Positions 18,795 through 28,534 of a stretch of 45,591 bases of DNA are shown here, piece after piece; positions within the stretch are counted from its first letter, which is position 1; every line of letters begins with the position of its first letter. Made by a program: the position numbers and the translations under genes. The DNA lies in the NCBI GenBank assembly GCA_017860135.1, contig JAFNAG010000001.1:1-45591 (forward strand). Direction: 5' to 3'. The stretch comes from Acidobacteriota bacterium (GTDB lineage: Bacteria; Acidobacteriota; UBA6911). A model generated the notes under the pieces. The model had not been told where the DNA came from. It did no database searches and saw nothing but the letters and a program-made list of their open reading frames with translations.

Positions 18795-19903
18795 TGCTTT
18801 ATTGGCTGCTGTACTCGATATATCAGGTTATCCCTCATTTCCGGGTGTTCCAATACGTGACCTTCCGGACTGCGGCCGCAAGCATTACAGCCTTCGCGAT
18901 CTGTCTGCTTCTCGGCCCCTGGCTGATCCGGCGTCTGCGGGAGTTTCAGATCGGGCAGCACATCCGCACCGAAGGGCCCTCCTCACACCAGACCAAAGCC
19001 GGCACACCGACCATGGGAGGGATCCTGATCCTTGTCGGCATACTCCTGCCGACACTGCTCTGGGCCGACCTGGCCAACCTGTACGTCTGGGTAGCCGTCA
19101 CCGCTACGGTGATGTTCGGCCTGGTCGGATTCGCCGACGACTATTTCAAGGTCGTCCGCAAGCATTCGCTGGGCCTTACCGGCAAGAAAAAGCTCATGTA
19201 CCAGGCCCTGATCGGTTTGAGCATCTGCGTGGCGCTTCACTTCCTGGCCCGCGGTGGTCTTTTCAGCACGAGGCTGAGCGTCCCGTTCTTCAAAAACCTC
19301 ACTCCTGAGATGGCAGTCTGGACCCTGGGTGTGCTGCCGATTCCCCTCACGATCTTCGTGGTGCTGATCCTGGTTGGCGCTTCAAACGCAGTCAACCTGA
19401 CCGACGGGCTGGACGGGCTGGCAGCCGGTTGCGTGATCATCGCCGCGGCGGCGCTTACGGTGCTGTGTTATGTCAGCAGCCACGCCAGATTCGCGGAATA
19501 CCTCGACCTGATCAAGAATCCGTATGCAGCCGAATTGACAATCTTCTGCGGCGCGATGGTCGGGGCCACAATGGGATTCCTGTGGTACAACGCACATCCG
19601 GCGGAGTTGTTCATGGGCGATGTCGGGTCCCTTTCCCTGGGTGGCGCCATCGGCACGGTCGCCGTCCTCATCAAGCAGGAATTGCTGCTGCCGATGATCG
19701 GCGGCCTCTTCGTTTTGGAGGCGCTGTCGGTCATCCTCCAGGTGGGATCGTTCCGATTCACCGGAAAACGAATTTTCAAGATGGCGCCCCTGCACCATCA
19801 TTTTGAACTGGCAGGGTGGAATGAGAGCCAGGTGGTGATCCGTTTCTGGATCGCCGCCGTCGTCTTTGCTCTCTTCAGTCTCACGACCCTCAAGCTGCGC
19901 TGA
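18794..19903 (+). CDS. mraY: Phospho-N-acetylmuramoyl-pentapeptide transferase
   Basis: This is a polytopic membrane protein with NAVNLTDGLDGLA and HHHFE motifs. The ATG overlaps the murF stop codon by 1 nt (TGATG). Confidence 0.93.
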   Translation: MLYWLLYSIYQVIPHFRVFQYVTFRTAAASITAFAICLLLGPWLIRRLREFQIGQHIRTEGPSSHQTKAGTPTMGGILILVGILLPTLLWADLANLYVWVAVTATVMFGLVGFADDYFKVVRKHSLGLTGKKKLMYQALIGLSICVALHFLARGGLFSTRLSVPFFKNLTPEMAVWTLGVLPIPLTIFVVLILVGASNAVNLTDGLDGLAAGCVIIAAAALTVLCYVSSHARFAEYLDLIKNPYAAELTIFCGAMVGATMGFLWYNAHPAELFMGDVGSLSLGGAIGTVAVLIKQELLLPMIGGLFVLEALSVILQVGSFRFTGKRIFKMAPLHHHFELAGWNESQVVIRFWIAAVVFALFSLTTLKLR

Positions 19904-19926
19904 CAGGGCGGGGGGAGGAGGAGGTT

Positions 19927-21336
19927 TTGATAACAGAAGGCCTCGGGATGCCCGGGAAGCCGGAACCCGATTACTCCGGAAAGCGAGTCCTGGTCGTCGG
20001 CGCTGCACGGAGCGGCATCGCATCCGCCGAGTTTCTGTTGGCGCGCGGCGCACACGTCGTTCTCACCGATGTGAAGACCGAGGAAGAGCTCGCCCAGCCT
20101 CTGGCCGCACTGCGCGACTTCGCCCGCGCGTCGGGTGAACTTGTGCTGGAAACCGGCGGGCATCGCCCGGAGAGCTTCCGGTCCTGCGACCTGGTTGTCG
20201 TCAGTCCGGGTGTCCCGCTGGCGCACCCCTGCTTCGATGAGAGCCGCAGGGCCGGAGTCCCGATCCTTGCGGAGGTCGAGCTTGCCTCCCGGCACCTGAA
20301 GGGGAAGATCCTGGGCATTACCGGCTCGAACGGAAAAACCACAACCGCGACCCTCGCGGATGCGTTGCTGCGTGGAGCCGGATTCCGGAGCCACGCCGCT
20401 GGAAACATCGGGGATGCGCTGATCCGTCTCGTGGATGCTTCGAAACCCGAGGACATTTATGTGGTGGAGCTCTCCAGCTTTCAGTTGGAGGGCATCGAAC
20501 GGCTTCGGCCCCACATCGCCTCGATCCTCAACCTGACCCCGGACCACCTGGACCGGTATCGCACGTTCGCCGACTACGCCGGCGCAAAGCAGCGCATATT
20601 CATGAACCAGACCGCGGAAGACTTCGCGGTTCTGAATGCGGACGATCCGCGCACCGCTTCGCTGGCAGCGCAGGTAGCGGCCGCGCCGGTGCTCTTCAGC
20701 CGACAACGCGAGGTCGAGCGCGGGGTTTTTGTCAGGGCCGGACGCATGGTGTACCGGGACGGAACGGGCGAATCGGATCTGTTTGCCACCGACGCCGTCC
20801 GGCTCAGGGGCACTCATAACCTCGAAAATGTCCTGGCAGCGGCCACCATGGTCCTTTTGGCAGGAGCGGCGCCGGAAAGCCTGGCGGAGACCGTCCTGTC
20901 CTTTTCCGGAGTGGAGCACCGGCTGGAATGGGTGGCAGAAATCCGCGGTGTGCAGTTTTTCAACGACTCCAAGGCCACCAACGTCGACGCCGCCGCGAAG
21001 TCCCTCGAAGCATTCCCGCGCAATATCATCCTGATCGCGGGCGGAAGGGATAAGGGGGGGGATTTTGCGCCGCTGCGTCCCCTGGTGGCAGAGCGGGTGA
21101 AGCAATTGATCGTGGTCGGTGAGGCTGCCGGGAAGATCCGGGAGGCCTTGTCGGACCTGGTGGAGACCAGGCAGGCGGCAGACCTGCCCGAGGCCGTGCG
21201 GATGGCAGGCAGGAGGGCGGAACCGGGGGATGTGGTGTTGCTCGCGCCCGCCTGCGCCAGTTTCGACATGTTCCAGAACTATGAGCATCGCGGCCGGGTT
21301 TTCAAGGAAGCGGTGCGCAAACTAGTTACGAATTGA
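19927..21336 (+). CDS. murD: UDP-N-acetylmuramoylalanine--D-glutamate ligase
   Basis: It has a Rossmann N-terminus (KRVLVVGAARSGIA) and the P-loop ITGSNGKTTT, and reads VEHRLEW...NDSKATN. The TTG start at 19927 is preceded by GGAGGAGGAGG. ATG 19948 is an alternative. Confidence 0.9.
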   Translation: MITEGLGMPGKPEPDYSGKRVLVVGAARSGIASAEFLLARGAHVVLTDVKTEEELAQPLAALRDFARASGELVLETGGHRPESFRSCDLVVVSPGVPLAHPCFDESRRAGVPILAEVELASRHLKGKILGITGSNGKTTTATLADALLRGAGFRSHAAGNIGDALIRLVDASKPEDIYVVELSSFQLEGIERLRPHIASILNLTPDHLDRYRTFADYAGAKQRIFMNQTAEDFAVLNADDPRTASLAAQVAAAPVLFSRQREVERGVFVRAGRMVYRDGTGESDLFATDAVRLRGTHNLENVLAAATMVLLAGAAPESLAETVLSFSGVEHRLEWVAEIRGVQFFNDSKATNVDAAAKSLEAFPRNIILIAGGRDKGGDFAPLRPLVAERVKQLIVVGEAAGKIREALSDLVETRQAADLPEAVRMAGRRAEPGDVVLLAPACASFDMFQNYEHRGRVFKEAVRKLVTN

Positions 21337-21348
21337 GCGGAAAGGTCC

Positions 21349-22452
21349 ATGGCATACAGAGCGAGCAGCGACCGGACCCTGTTCCTGATCACCAGCCTGT
21401 TGTCCATTTTCGGGCTGGTCATGATCTACAGCGCCTCGTCCGTCATCGCCGCCACTCGACATGACGGAATGTCGGCGTATTACTTCGTGCGCCAGTTGAT
21501 CTGGGCAGTGATGGGCTATGCGCTCATGATCGTGCTCATGAACACGGACTATCATCTCTGGCAAAGGGAGAAACTGATCAAAATCCTTCTGGCGGTGAGT
21601 GTCGTGAGTCTGGTGCTCGTGCTCTTCCAGCCCGCCCTGAACGGCGCCCACCGATGGCTGCGCTACGGAGTCATCTCGATTCAGCCTTCGGAAAATGCCA
21701 AGCTCGTGCTGCTCGTCTTCCTGGCGGCGTATCTCCACAAACACGCAGCGGAGATCAACGAACCCTGGCGGAAGCTGATGCCGTGCCTGGCGGTGGTGGT
21801 GGTGCTGGCGGCGCTCATTGCAGTCGAACCGGACCTGGGCCAGGCGTTGTGCGTGCTCCTGATGGCGGCCGTGCTGCTCTTCGCCGCCGGATTGAGCTGG
21901 AAATACGTCGGAGCCGCGGTGCTGTTCTCCCTGCCCCTCCTCTATTTCCTGGTGTTGCGCGTGCGGTTCCGGTTCGAGCGTGTGGTTGCCTTCCTGAATC
22001 CTTCGCACGACCCGATGGGCTCGGGATGGCAGATCTCGCAAGCGCTGACGGCGATCGGCAGCGGCGGTGTTTTTGGCCTCGGGCTCGGGGCGAGCAGGCA
22101 GAAGTTGTTTTATCTGCCCGAGGCCCAGAGTGATTTCATTTTCGCGATCGTGGGGGAAGAGCTCGGGCTGGTCGGCGCCAGCCTGCTCTGCATCGCCTTC
22201 GTTGTGTTTTTCTATCGCGGCATCAAGATCGCGCTCAGGGCGCCCGACCCGTTCGGCTTTTATCTTGCTCTGGGGATTACCCTCATGGTGGTGCTGCAGG
22301 CATTCATCAACATCTCGATGGTGCTTGCGCTCGCACCGACGAAGGGGATCGCACTGCCTTTTATAAGCCAGGGAGGGTCCTCGCTGCTGTTGAATCTCAT
22401 GGCGGCAGGCGTCCTGCTGAACATTTCCAATCATGCGGACAAGGCGGCGTAA
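21349..22452 (+). CDS. ftsW: SEDS-family peptidoglycan glycosyltransferase FtsW
   Basis: This is a membrane protein with about 10 TM segments and SEDS signatures (IQPSENAKL, PEAQSDFIFAIVGEELG, KGIALPFISQGGSS). The position between murD and murG is canonical. Confidence 0.9.
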   Translation: MAYRASSDRTLFLITSLLSIFGLVMIYSASSVIAATRHDGMSAYYFVRQLIWAVMGYALMIVLMNTDYHLWQREKLIKILLAVSVVSLVLVLFQPALNGAHRWLRYGVISIQPSENAKLVLLVFLAAYLHKHAAEINEPWRKLMPCLAVVVVLAALIAVEPDLGQALCVLLMAAVLLFAAGLSWKYVGAAVLFSLPLLYFLVLRVRFRFERVVAFLNPSHDPMGSGWQISQALTAIGSGGVFGLGLGASRQKLFYLPEAQSDFIFAIVGEELGLVGASLLCIAFVVFFYRGIKIALRAPDPFGFYLALGITLMVVLQAFINISMVLALAPTKGIALPFISQGGSSLLLNLMAAGVLLNISNHADKAA

Positions 22453-22527
22453 CCGACCGGCCATCGGGGATCACGGAATGTTTTTGTCATTTGAAAAACG
22501 GCACAGCTCGACGGACCGCTGAAATTT

Positions 22528-23664
22528 ATGTCCTCACATCCAAAATCCCCAATCCAAAATCCAAAATCGGAACGGGTGATGTTTGCGGGCGGGGGCACGG
22601 GCGGCCACCTATATCTCGGCATCGCGCTGGCGCGGGAACTCGAGCGGCGCGATCCCGCGCGCGACTTCGTGTTCGTCGGCACGCGCCGGGGCCTGGAAGC
22701 CCGCATCGTTCCCCAGGAAGGATTCCGTGTCGAGTTCATCGTTTCCGCGGGACTGAAGCGGGTGGGGGCAGTGACGGCTGTGCGCAATTTTCTTCTGATT
22801 CCCAGCAGTCTGCTGCAATCACGGCGTCTGATCCGCAGTTATTCGCCTGCCGCCGTGGTAGGGGTAGGCGGATATTCGTCCGGCCCGGTGGTCCTGGCCG
22901 CGTGGTGGCTGGGGAAGCCCACTCTGATCGTCGAACCGAACGCCTATCCCGGACTGGCGAACCGGCTTTTGGCTCCTGTGGTCAACCGCGTCGCTCTGGC
23001 CCTCCCCGAAGCCGTCCGGTTTTTCGGCAAAAAGGCGGCGGTCACCGGCATCCCGGTCCGCGCGGAGTTCCAGGAGATGCCGCGCCGGCAGCACCGCGCC
23101 GGCCAACTCAGCCTTCTGATCTATGGCGGCAGCCAGGGCAGCCGCCCGCTCAATAGGATCGTCTGTGCCGACCTGGCCGAGCTCAGGAATCTGAGCCCCG
23201 GCCTGAGACTGACACACCAGACCGGAGAAAGGGAGCTCGAGCCGGTGCGCAGCGCCTATCGGGACGCAGGCGTGGAGGGAGAGGTCAAGGCGTTCTTCCC
23301 GCACATCTACAGACAATTCGCCGAGGCCGACCTGATCCTCTCGCGGGCCGGAGCCAGCACCGTCGCCGAAGTGACTGCTTCCGGCAAGGCTGCTCTGCTT
23401 GTTCCCTTCCGCGGCGCGGCAGACGATCACCAGACCCGGAATGCGCGCGCTCTGCAGGAAAGGGGAGCGGCGAGGCTGATCCCCGAGATTGAGTGGAAAC
23501 CGGGGCGGCTGGCGGCGGAATTGCGTCATTACCTGGATCACCCGGAGGAGATCGAAAAAATGGAGGAGGGAGCGCGCCGGCTGGCGAGACCGGAAGCCAC
23601 GCGCCGGATTTCGGACCTGATCGAGGAACTCGCACGGGGCGGCGGGCGGAAGGAAAGCCGGTGA
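22528..23664 (+). CDS. murG: UDP-N-acetylglucosamine--N-acetylmuramyl-(pentapeptide) pyrophosphoryl-undecaprenol GlcNAc transferase
   Basis: Motifs are [23 protein letters not shown] and [10 protein letters not shown]. The start is ambiguous. ATG 22528 adds a Pro/Lys-rich extension encoded by a heptanucleotide repeat. ATG 22579 (MFAGGG...) is an alternative. Confidence 0.88.
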   Translation: MSSHPKSPIQNPKSERVMFAGGGTGGHLYLGIALARELERRDPARDFVFVGTRRGLEARIVPQEGFRVEFIVSAGLKRVGAVTAVRNFLLIPSSLLQSRRLIRSYSPAAVVGVGGYSSGPVVLAAWWLGKPTLIVEPNAYPGLANRLLAPVVNRVALALPEAVRFFGKKAAVTGIPVRAEFQEMPRRQHRAGQLSLLIYGGSQGSRPLNRIVCADLAELRNLSPGLRLTHQTGERELEPVRSAYRDAGVEGEVKAFFPHIYRQFAEADLILSRAGASTVAEVTASGKAALLVPFRGAADDHQTRNARALQERGAARLIPEIEWKPGRLAAELRHYLDHPEEIEKMEEGARRLARPEATRRISDLIEELARGGGRKESR

Positions 23665-25034
23665 TGTTCAAGAAAATCCAGCATATCCACTTTGTCGGAA
23701 TCGGGGGGATCGGCATGAGCGGCATCGCCGAACTGCTGCTCAACCTCGGTTACCGGGTCTCTGGCTCCGATACCCGCTTGAGCTCCATCACCCGGCGGCT
23801 TGCGGAGCTGGGAGGCAAGATCTACTCCGGGCATCGCGCGGAAAATGTGCGGGATGCGAACGTGGTCGTGGTGTCCTCGGCTGTGCGATCCGACAACGTG
23901 GAGATCCAGGAAGCGAAGAAACTGCAGATTCCCGTGATCCCGCGTGCCGAGATGCTGGCCGAACTCATGCGACTCAAGTACAGCGTGGCTGTTGCGGGCG
24001 CCCACGGCAAAACCACCACCACCTCGATGGTCGCCACAGTCCTGGTGCACGGGGGGTACGACCCCACCGTCGTCATCGGAGGCCGGCTGAATGCGCTCGG
24101 CAGCAACGCGAAGCTGGGCAAAGGCGAATTTCTCGTCGCCGAAGCCGATGAGAGCGACCGCTCCTTTCTAAAGCTCAGCCCGACTCTGGCGGTGGTCACA
24201 AATATCGACCGGGAACACCTGGATCATTATTCGGGTCTCGAAGATATTCAGGGGGCGTTTGTCCGCTTCGTCAACAAGGTGCCGTTCTACGGCGCCGCCA
24301 TTCTCTGCCTCGACGACCCGAATGTCCAGGCCATCATCCCGCGTATTGAACGCCGCATCCTCACCTACGGCACAATCAAACAGGCCGACCTCGTGGCATC
24401 GCGTGTCGAGTTCAGGGATTTCGGCTGCTTGTATCAGGCCCGTTTCCACGGAGAGATGCTCGGCTCGATATCCCTCCAGGTTCCCGGGCAACACGGGGTT
24501 TTGAATTCGCTGGCGGCCGTCGCGGTCGGTGTCGAGCTGGAGGTCCCGGTCGAGAAAATCCGCGCTGCCCTGGCCACATTCCAGAACGCCGACCGGCGCT
24601 TTCAGATCAAGGGAGAGACCAGGGGAATCCTGGTGGTGGATGATTACGCACACCATCCCACGGAAATCGCCGCGACGCTCAGCGCCGCGCGCGGATCGTC
24701 CGACCGGCGCGTCGTCGCGCTGTTCCAGCCGCACCGATACACGCGCACCAGGGCGCTGGAAGAGGGGTTCGCCCGCGCATTCTATGACGCCGATGTGGTC
24801 ATCGTGCTGCCCATCTACGCCGCCGGCGAAGACGTCATCGAAGGGGTGTCGGCCGAGAAGCTGACCGCCCTCATCAAGAAGCACGGGCACCGGGACGTCA
24901 CATGCGCGCCCGACTTCGCCACCGCCCAGCGGTTGCTGCGGGAGAAGCTGCGGGAAGGAGATCTGCTGATTACCCTCGGCGCCGGGGACGTCTGGAAGGC
25001 GGCGGAAGAGTTTCTTGGGCACACTGTCGAGTAG
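23664..25034 (+). CDS. murC: UDP-N-acetylmuramate--L-alanine ligase
   Basis: The N-terminus reads [23 protein letters not shown], with [11 protein letters not shown] and DDYAHHPTE. The ATG at 23664 overlaps the murG TGA. The longer track ORF (23493) is an in-frame read-through of the murG 3' end. Confidence 0.92.
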   Translation: MFKKIQHIHFVGIGGIGMSGIAELLLNLGYRVSGSDTRLSSITRRLAELGGKIYSGHRAENVRDANVVVVSSAVRSDNVEIQEAKKLQIPVIPRAEMLAELMRLKYSVAVAGAHGKTTTTSMVATVLVHGGYDPTVVIGGRLNALGSNAKLGKGEFLVAEADESDRSFLKLSPTLAVVTNIDREHLDHYSGLEDIQGAFVRFVNKVPFYGAAILCLDDPNVQAIIPRIERRILTYGTIKQADLVASRVEFRDFGCLYQARFHGEMLGSISLQVPGQHGVLNSLAAVAVGVELEVPVEKIRAALATFQNADRRFQIKGETRGILVVDDYAHHPTEIAATLSAARGSSDRRVVALFQPHRYTRTRALEEGFARAFYDADVVIVLPIYAAGEDVIEGVSAEKLTALIKKHGHRDVTCAPDFATAQRLLREKLREGDLLITLGAGDVWKAAEEFLGHTVE

Positions 25035-25052
25035 CAAACCGAAAGGCAAGGC

Positions 25053-25988
25053 GTGGAGATTCATACCAGTAAGGTAAACAGGGAGGCGGGAAGGCCGGCG
25101 GTAGATGTACCTCCCGACCGCAGACGCGGTGCGCGCAAGAGGGCATCTCAAAAGGCCGCGCGCAGCGGGAATCTGGCCGCACGGATCTTCGCCGCCGCCA
25201 GGATGATCGCGGTGGCGGCAGGGATCGGCATGCTCGCTGCGGCGGGCCTCTTCGGCTATCGCTACGCAGCCACTTCGAACCTGCTCTCCCTCCGCAACAT
25301 CGACATCGAGGGCTGCCGTCACGCCGACCCAACGAAGATCGAGTCGATTGTCCGCAGCGACTTCCCCGCCAACATCCTGCAGATCGACCTGAACGGCCTT
25401 CGCCGCCGCCTGGAGCAGGAGAACTGGATCCGCCGCGTCGAGATCCGACGGATCCTGCCTGCGGGACTCAAGATCTACGTCGAGGAGCGCCTCCCTTCGG
25501 TGATCGCGGAAATCGGCGGGGAGCTGATCCTGTTGGATAACGAAGGAATCCTGCTGGATGAATTCGGCCCGAGTTACGGAAGGCTCGACGTGCCGGTCTT
25601 CCGCGGCCTGAAGGGAGACAATCCGGAGGCTTACAGGGCAAGGCAGGAAGAGAACACTCCCCGCGTCAGGCTTGGAGTCGAGGTGCTGAAGGAACTCCAG
25701 TCCGGCATAACCGACTACACGCGCAACATTTCGGAGGTGGACCTGTCGGAAATCGGCAACGTGAAGATCCTGCTGATCGACGATGCGGCGGAGATCTCGA
25801 TGGGGGACCGGGATTTCCTCAAGCGGTTCCAGGCGTTCGCGGCCAGGTATGGGGAGGCAAAATCCCAGCACGGAGAAATCCTCTGGGCGGATCTCCGCTT
25901 CTACCCGACCATCGTGTTCAAACCGAAGGAGACCGCGGCCGACCAGGGCGCGGCGGAGGCGGGGATAAAGACCGCCAGCAGGAATTGA
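25053..25988 (+). CDS. ftsQ: Cell division protein FtsQ (POTRA domain)
   Basis: It has a basic cytoplasmic tail, one TM segment (MIAVAAGIGMLAAAGLFGY), a POTRA-like segment (LRNIDIEGCRHADPTKIESIV) and an FtsQ-type beta domain. It starts at GTG and sits directly before ftsA. Confidence 0.8.
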   Translation: MEIHTSKVNREAGRPAVDVPPDRRRGARKRASQKAARSGNLAARIFAAARMIAVAAGIGMLAAAGLFGYRYAATSNLLSLRNIDIEGCRHADPTKIESIVRSDFPANILQIDLNGLRRRLEQENWIRRVEIRRILPAGLKIYVEERLPSVIAEIGGELILLDNEGILLDEFGPSYGRLDVPVFRGLKGDNPEAYRARQEENTPRVRLGVEVLKELQSGITDYTRNISEVDLSEIGNVKILLIDDAAEISMGDRDFLKRFQAFAARYGEAKSQHGEILWADLRFYPTIVFKPKETAADQGAAEAGIKTASRN

Positions 25989-25992
25989 TGGA

Positions 25993-27234
25993 GTGGATGC
26001 AGCCGTGAAGAAAAAAGAAATCATCGCGTGCGGATTGGATGTCGGCACCGAAAAGGTCTGCTGCCTGATCGCCCGCTGCCGACCGGATCACCGCCCGGAA
26101 ATCATCGGCAGCGGCTATGCCGAATCCGGCGGAATCAAAAAAGGCATCATCGTGAACCTGGAGGATGCGGCGGAGAGCATCCGGAAGGCAGGCCAGGAGG
26201 CGGAACTCAAGGCCTCCGTCTCCATCGACTGGGTCACGGTCGGTTTCTCGGGCGACCACATCCAGAGCTTCAATTGCCGCGGCGCAGTTGCTGTCAACGG
26301 CAGGCAACACGAGGTCACGCAGGAGGACGTCTCCCAGGTCATCCATGCAGCCCAGACAGTTCCCATCCCGGCCGAGCGGGAAATCATACACGTGCTGCCA
26401 CAGGAATTCTTCCTGGACAGCAGGGGAGACATACGGGCTCCCGTGGGGCTGACCGGAGAGCGCCTGGATGCAGATGTGCATGTAGTGACGTGCGACAGCA
26501 GGCTGGCACAAAACCTCATCAACGCAGTGAACAAGGCGCAAATGCGCGTCAGGAAGATTGTTCTGCCGCAGCTCGCCGCCGCACACGCGGTCCTGACACA
26601 GGATGAAAAAGAGCTGGGAGTGGCCCTGATCGACATCGGCGCCGGCACGACCGACATCGCGCTGATCACGCGCGACGCCATGCGCCACTCATCTGCGCTG
26701 CCGGTCGGCGGGATCCACTTCACCCGCGACCTGGCCGTCGGCCTGCGGAGCACTATGGAAGAGGCGGAACGCGTTAAGCGGGAATGGGGCCATGTTCTGG
26801 TGGACCACGTCGCCGACGATGAAGTTCTGGAAGTGGCGGGCGTCGCCATGAGGGGCGCGCGCGACATCCCTCGCCGCACCGCCTGCCAGATCCTGCGGGA
26901 TCGGGCCATCGAAGTGCTCGAGCTCATCAAAGACCAGATCGCACGTTCCGGCTTCCGCGACCAGCTCGTCTCCGGCGCAGTCTTTACCGGCGGCGGGAGC
27001 CTCCTGGAAGGACTGCCGACGATGGCCGAGCAGATCCTGGGGATGCCCGTGCGGCTAGGACTGCCGCAGGGTCTGCCGGGCCTTCCCGATGACCTGGTCC
27101 ATCCCGTGTACGCGACGGCCGTCGGCCTGATCCTGGTCGCGGTTCAGGACGGCGGCGAACTCCGGGCGCGCACGAGCAGGGCAAACTCGCCCCCCTGGAT
27201 TGTGAATCGGTTTCTGTCGTGGGTAAGCAGTTAG
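25993..27234 (+). CDS. ftsA: Cell division protein FtsA (actin-like ATPase)
   Basis: Motifs are CGLDVGTEKV, LIDIGAGTTDIA and FTGGGSLLEGL, with a C-terminal amphipathic tail (IVNRFLSWV). The start is GTG 25993. GTG 26005 (VKKKEII...) is an equally plausible start. Confidence 0.9.
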   Translation: MDAAVKKKEIIACGLDVGTEKVCCLIARCRPDHRPEIIGSGYAESGGIKKGIIVNLEDAAESIRKAGQEAELKASVSIDWVTVGFSGDHIQSFNCRGAVAVNGRQHEVTQEDVSQVIHAAQTVPIPAEREIIHVLPQEFFLDSRGDIRAPVGLTGERLDADVHVVTCDSRLAQNLINAVNKAQMRVRKIVLPQLAAAHAVLTQDEKELGVALIDIGAGTTDIALITRDAMRHSSALPVGGIHFTRDLAVGLRSTMEEAERVKREWGHVLVDHVADDEVLEVAGVAMRGARDIPRRTACQILRDRAIEVLELIKDQIARSGFRDQLVSGAVFTGGGSLLEGLPTMAEQILGMPVRLGLPQGLPGLPDDLVHPVYATAVGLILVAVQDGGELRARTSRANSPPWIVNRFLSWVSS

Positions 27235-27255
27235 AATTCAAGTAAAGGAGATACC

Positions 27256-28434
27256 ATGCAAGGGGAAAAGCTGCGGTTTGACGAAACGGCACCAAAGTTC
27301 AGTTTCGACACCGACAGGCAGCCTCCGGCCCGCATCAAGGTGGTCGGAATCGGGGGCGCCGGAGGGAATGCGGTGAATCGAATGATACAGGCAAAAATCG
27401 AAGGTGTGGACTTCATCGCCGCCAACACAGACTTACAGGCTCTCCGCAGCTCGCTGGCTCCCATCAAGCTGCAGATCGGGGCCAAACTCACCAACGGCCT
27501 GGGGTGCGGCGCGATACCGGAACGCGGCCGCCAGGCTGCGCTCGAGGACACCGAGCGGATCATCGAAGTCATCGACGGCGCGGACATGGTCTTCATCACC
27601 TGCGGCATGGGCGGCGGTACCGGCACCGGGGCGGCGCCGGTCGTCGCAAGCCTGGCGACCGAACTCGGCGCCCTCACCGTGGGCGTCGTCACCAAGCCGT
27701 TCAATTTCGAAGGGAAAAAACGGGGGGCGCACGCGGACCAGGGGATCACCGAGCTGAAAGAAGTCGTTGACACCCTGATCACGATCCCCAACGAGAGACT
27801 GCTCTACGCCATGGGAAGCGAGGCGCTCCTGGAAGACTCGTTCCGTTACGCCGACGACGTACTCTGCCAGGCTGTCCAGGGCATCTCCGACATCATCACG
27901 CTTCCCGGCATCGTCAATGTCGATTTCGCCGACGTCCGGACCATCATGGCCGGCAAAGGCATGGCGCTGATGGGGACCGGAGTGGCCGAGGGGGAAAACC
28001 GTGCTGTCGAGGCGGCGCAGCGCGCCATCGCCAGCCCCCTCCTGGAGGAGACTTCGATCCGGGGCGCAAAGGGCGTCCTCATCAACATCACGGCCACGCG
28101 CGGCTCTCTCAAGCTTCAGGAGGTCGACGCCGCAGCCAAAATCATCGAGGAGGCCGCCGATCCCGAGGACACCATTTTCGGCGCTGTGTACGACGAATCG
28201 GCAGGCGACCGGATCAAGATCACCGTTATCGCCACCGGATTCAACGCCCGCGCTGCCGGCGAATCGCTGAGAGGTTCCAACGTAATCCCGCTGAGCCCGC
28301 AGGCAGACGTTCTCGGGCGCAACGCCGGGCTTGAATTTCACGGGGCATCGGAGAGATCCATTGATTACCGCCTCGCATCCCTGAAGAGCGACCTGGACCA
28401 GCCCGCCTTTCTCCGGCGCCGCGCAGAAAAGTAG
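27256..28434 (+). CDS. ftsZ: Cell division GTPase FtsZ
   Basis: The tubulin signature [11 protein letters not shown] is present, with [15 protein letters not shown] and NTDLQAL. The conserved C-terminal peptide reads [18 protein letters not shown] lies upstream of the ATG. Confidence 0.95.
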   Translation: MQGEKLRFDETAPKFSFDTDRQPPARIKVVGIGGAGGNAVNRMIQAKIEGVDFIAANTDLQALRSSLAPIKLQIGAKLTNGLGCGAIPERGRQAALEDTERIIEVIDGADMVFITCGMGGGTGTGAAPVVASLATELGALTVGVVTKPFNFEGKKRGAHADQGITELKEVVDTLITIPNERLLYAMGSEALLEDSFRYADDVLCQAVQGISDIITLPGIVNVDFADVRTIMAGKGMALMGTGVAEGENRAVEAAQRAIASPLLEETSIRGAKGVLINITATRGSLKLQEVDAAAKIIEEAADPEDTIFGAVYDESAGDRIKITVIATGFNARAAGESLRGSNVIPLSPQADVLGRNAGLEFHGASERSIDYRLASLKSDLDQPAFLRRRAEK

Positions 28435-28501
28435 GGGAGACCTCGGGCTTCCGGCGGGATTCCGCAGTCGGCGCCCTCTCTCCGCACCACCAGCCGCACA
28501 A

Positions 28502-28528
28502 GGGCGTCCCACGGCAACCGGGACGCCC
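28502..28528. terminator. Hairpin between convergent ftsZ and the PPC-lipoprotein gene (candidate bidirectional terminator)
   Basis: GGGCGTCCC (28502-28510) pairs perfectly with GGGACGCCC (28520-28528) across a 9-nt loop. There is no strong U-tract, so it may act as a terminator or a stabiliser. Confidence 0.4.
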
Positions 28529-28534
28529 TCCGTT

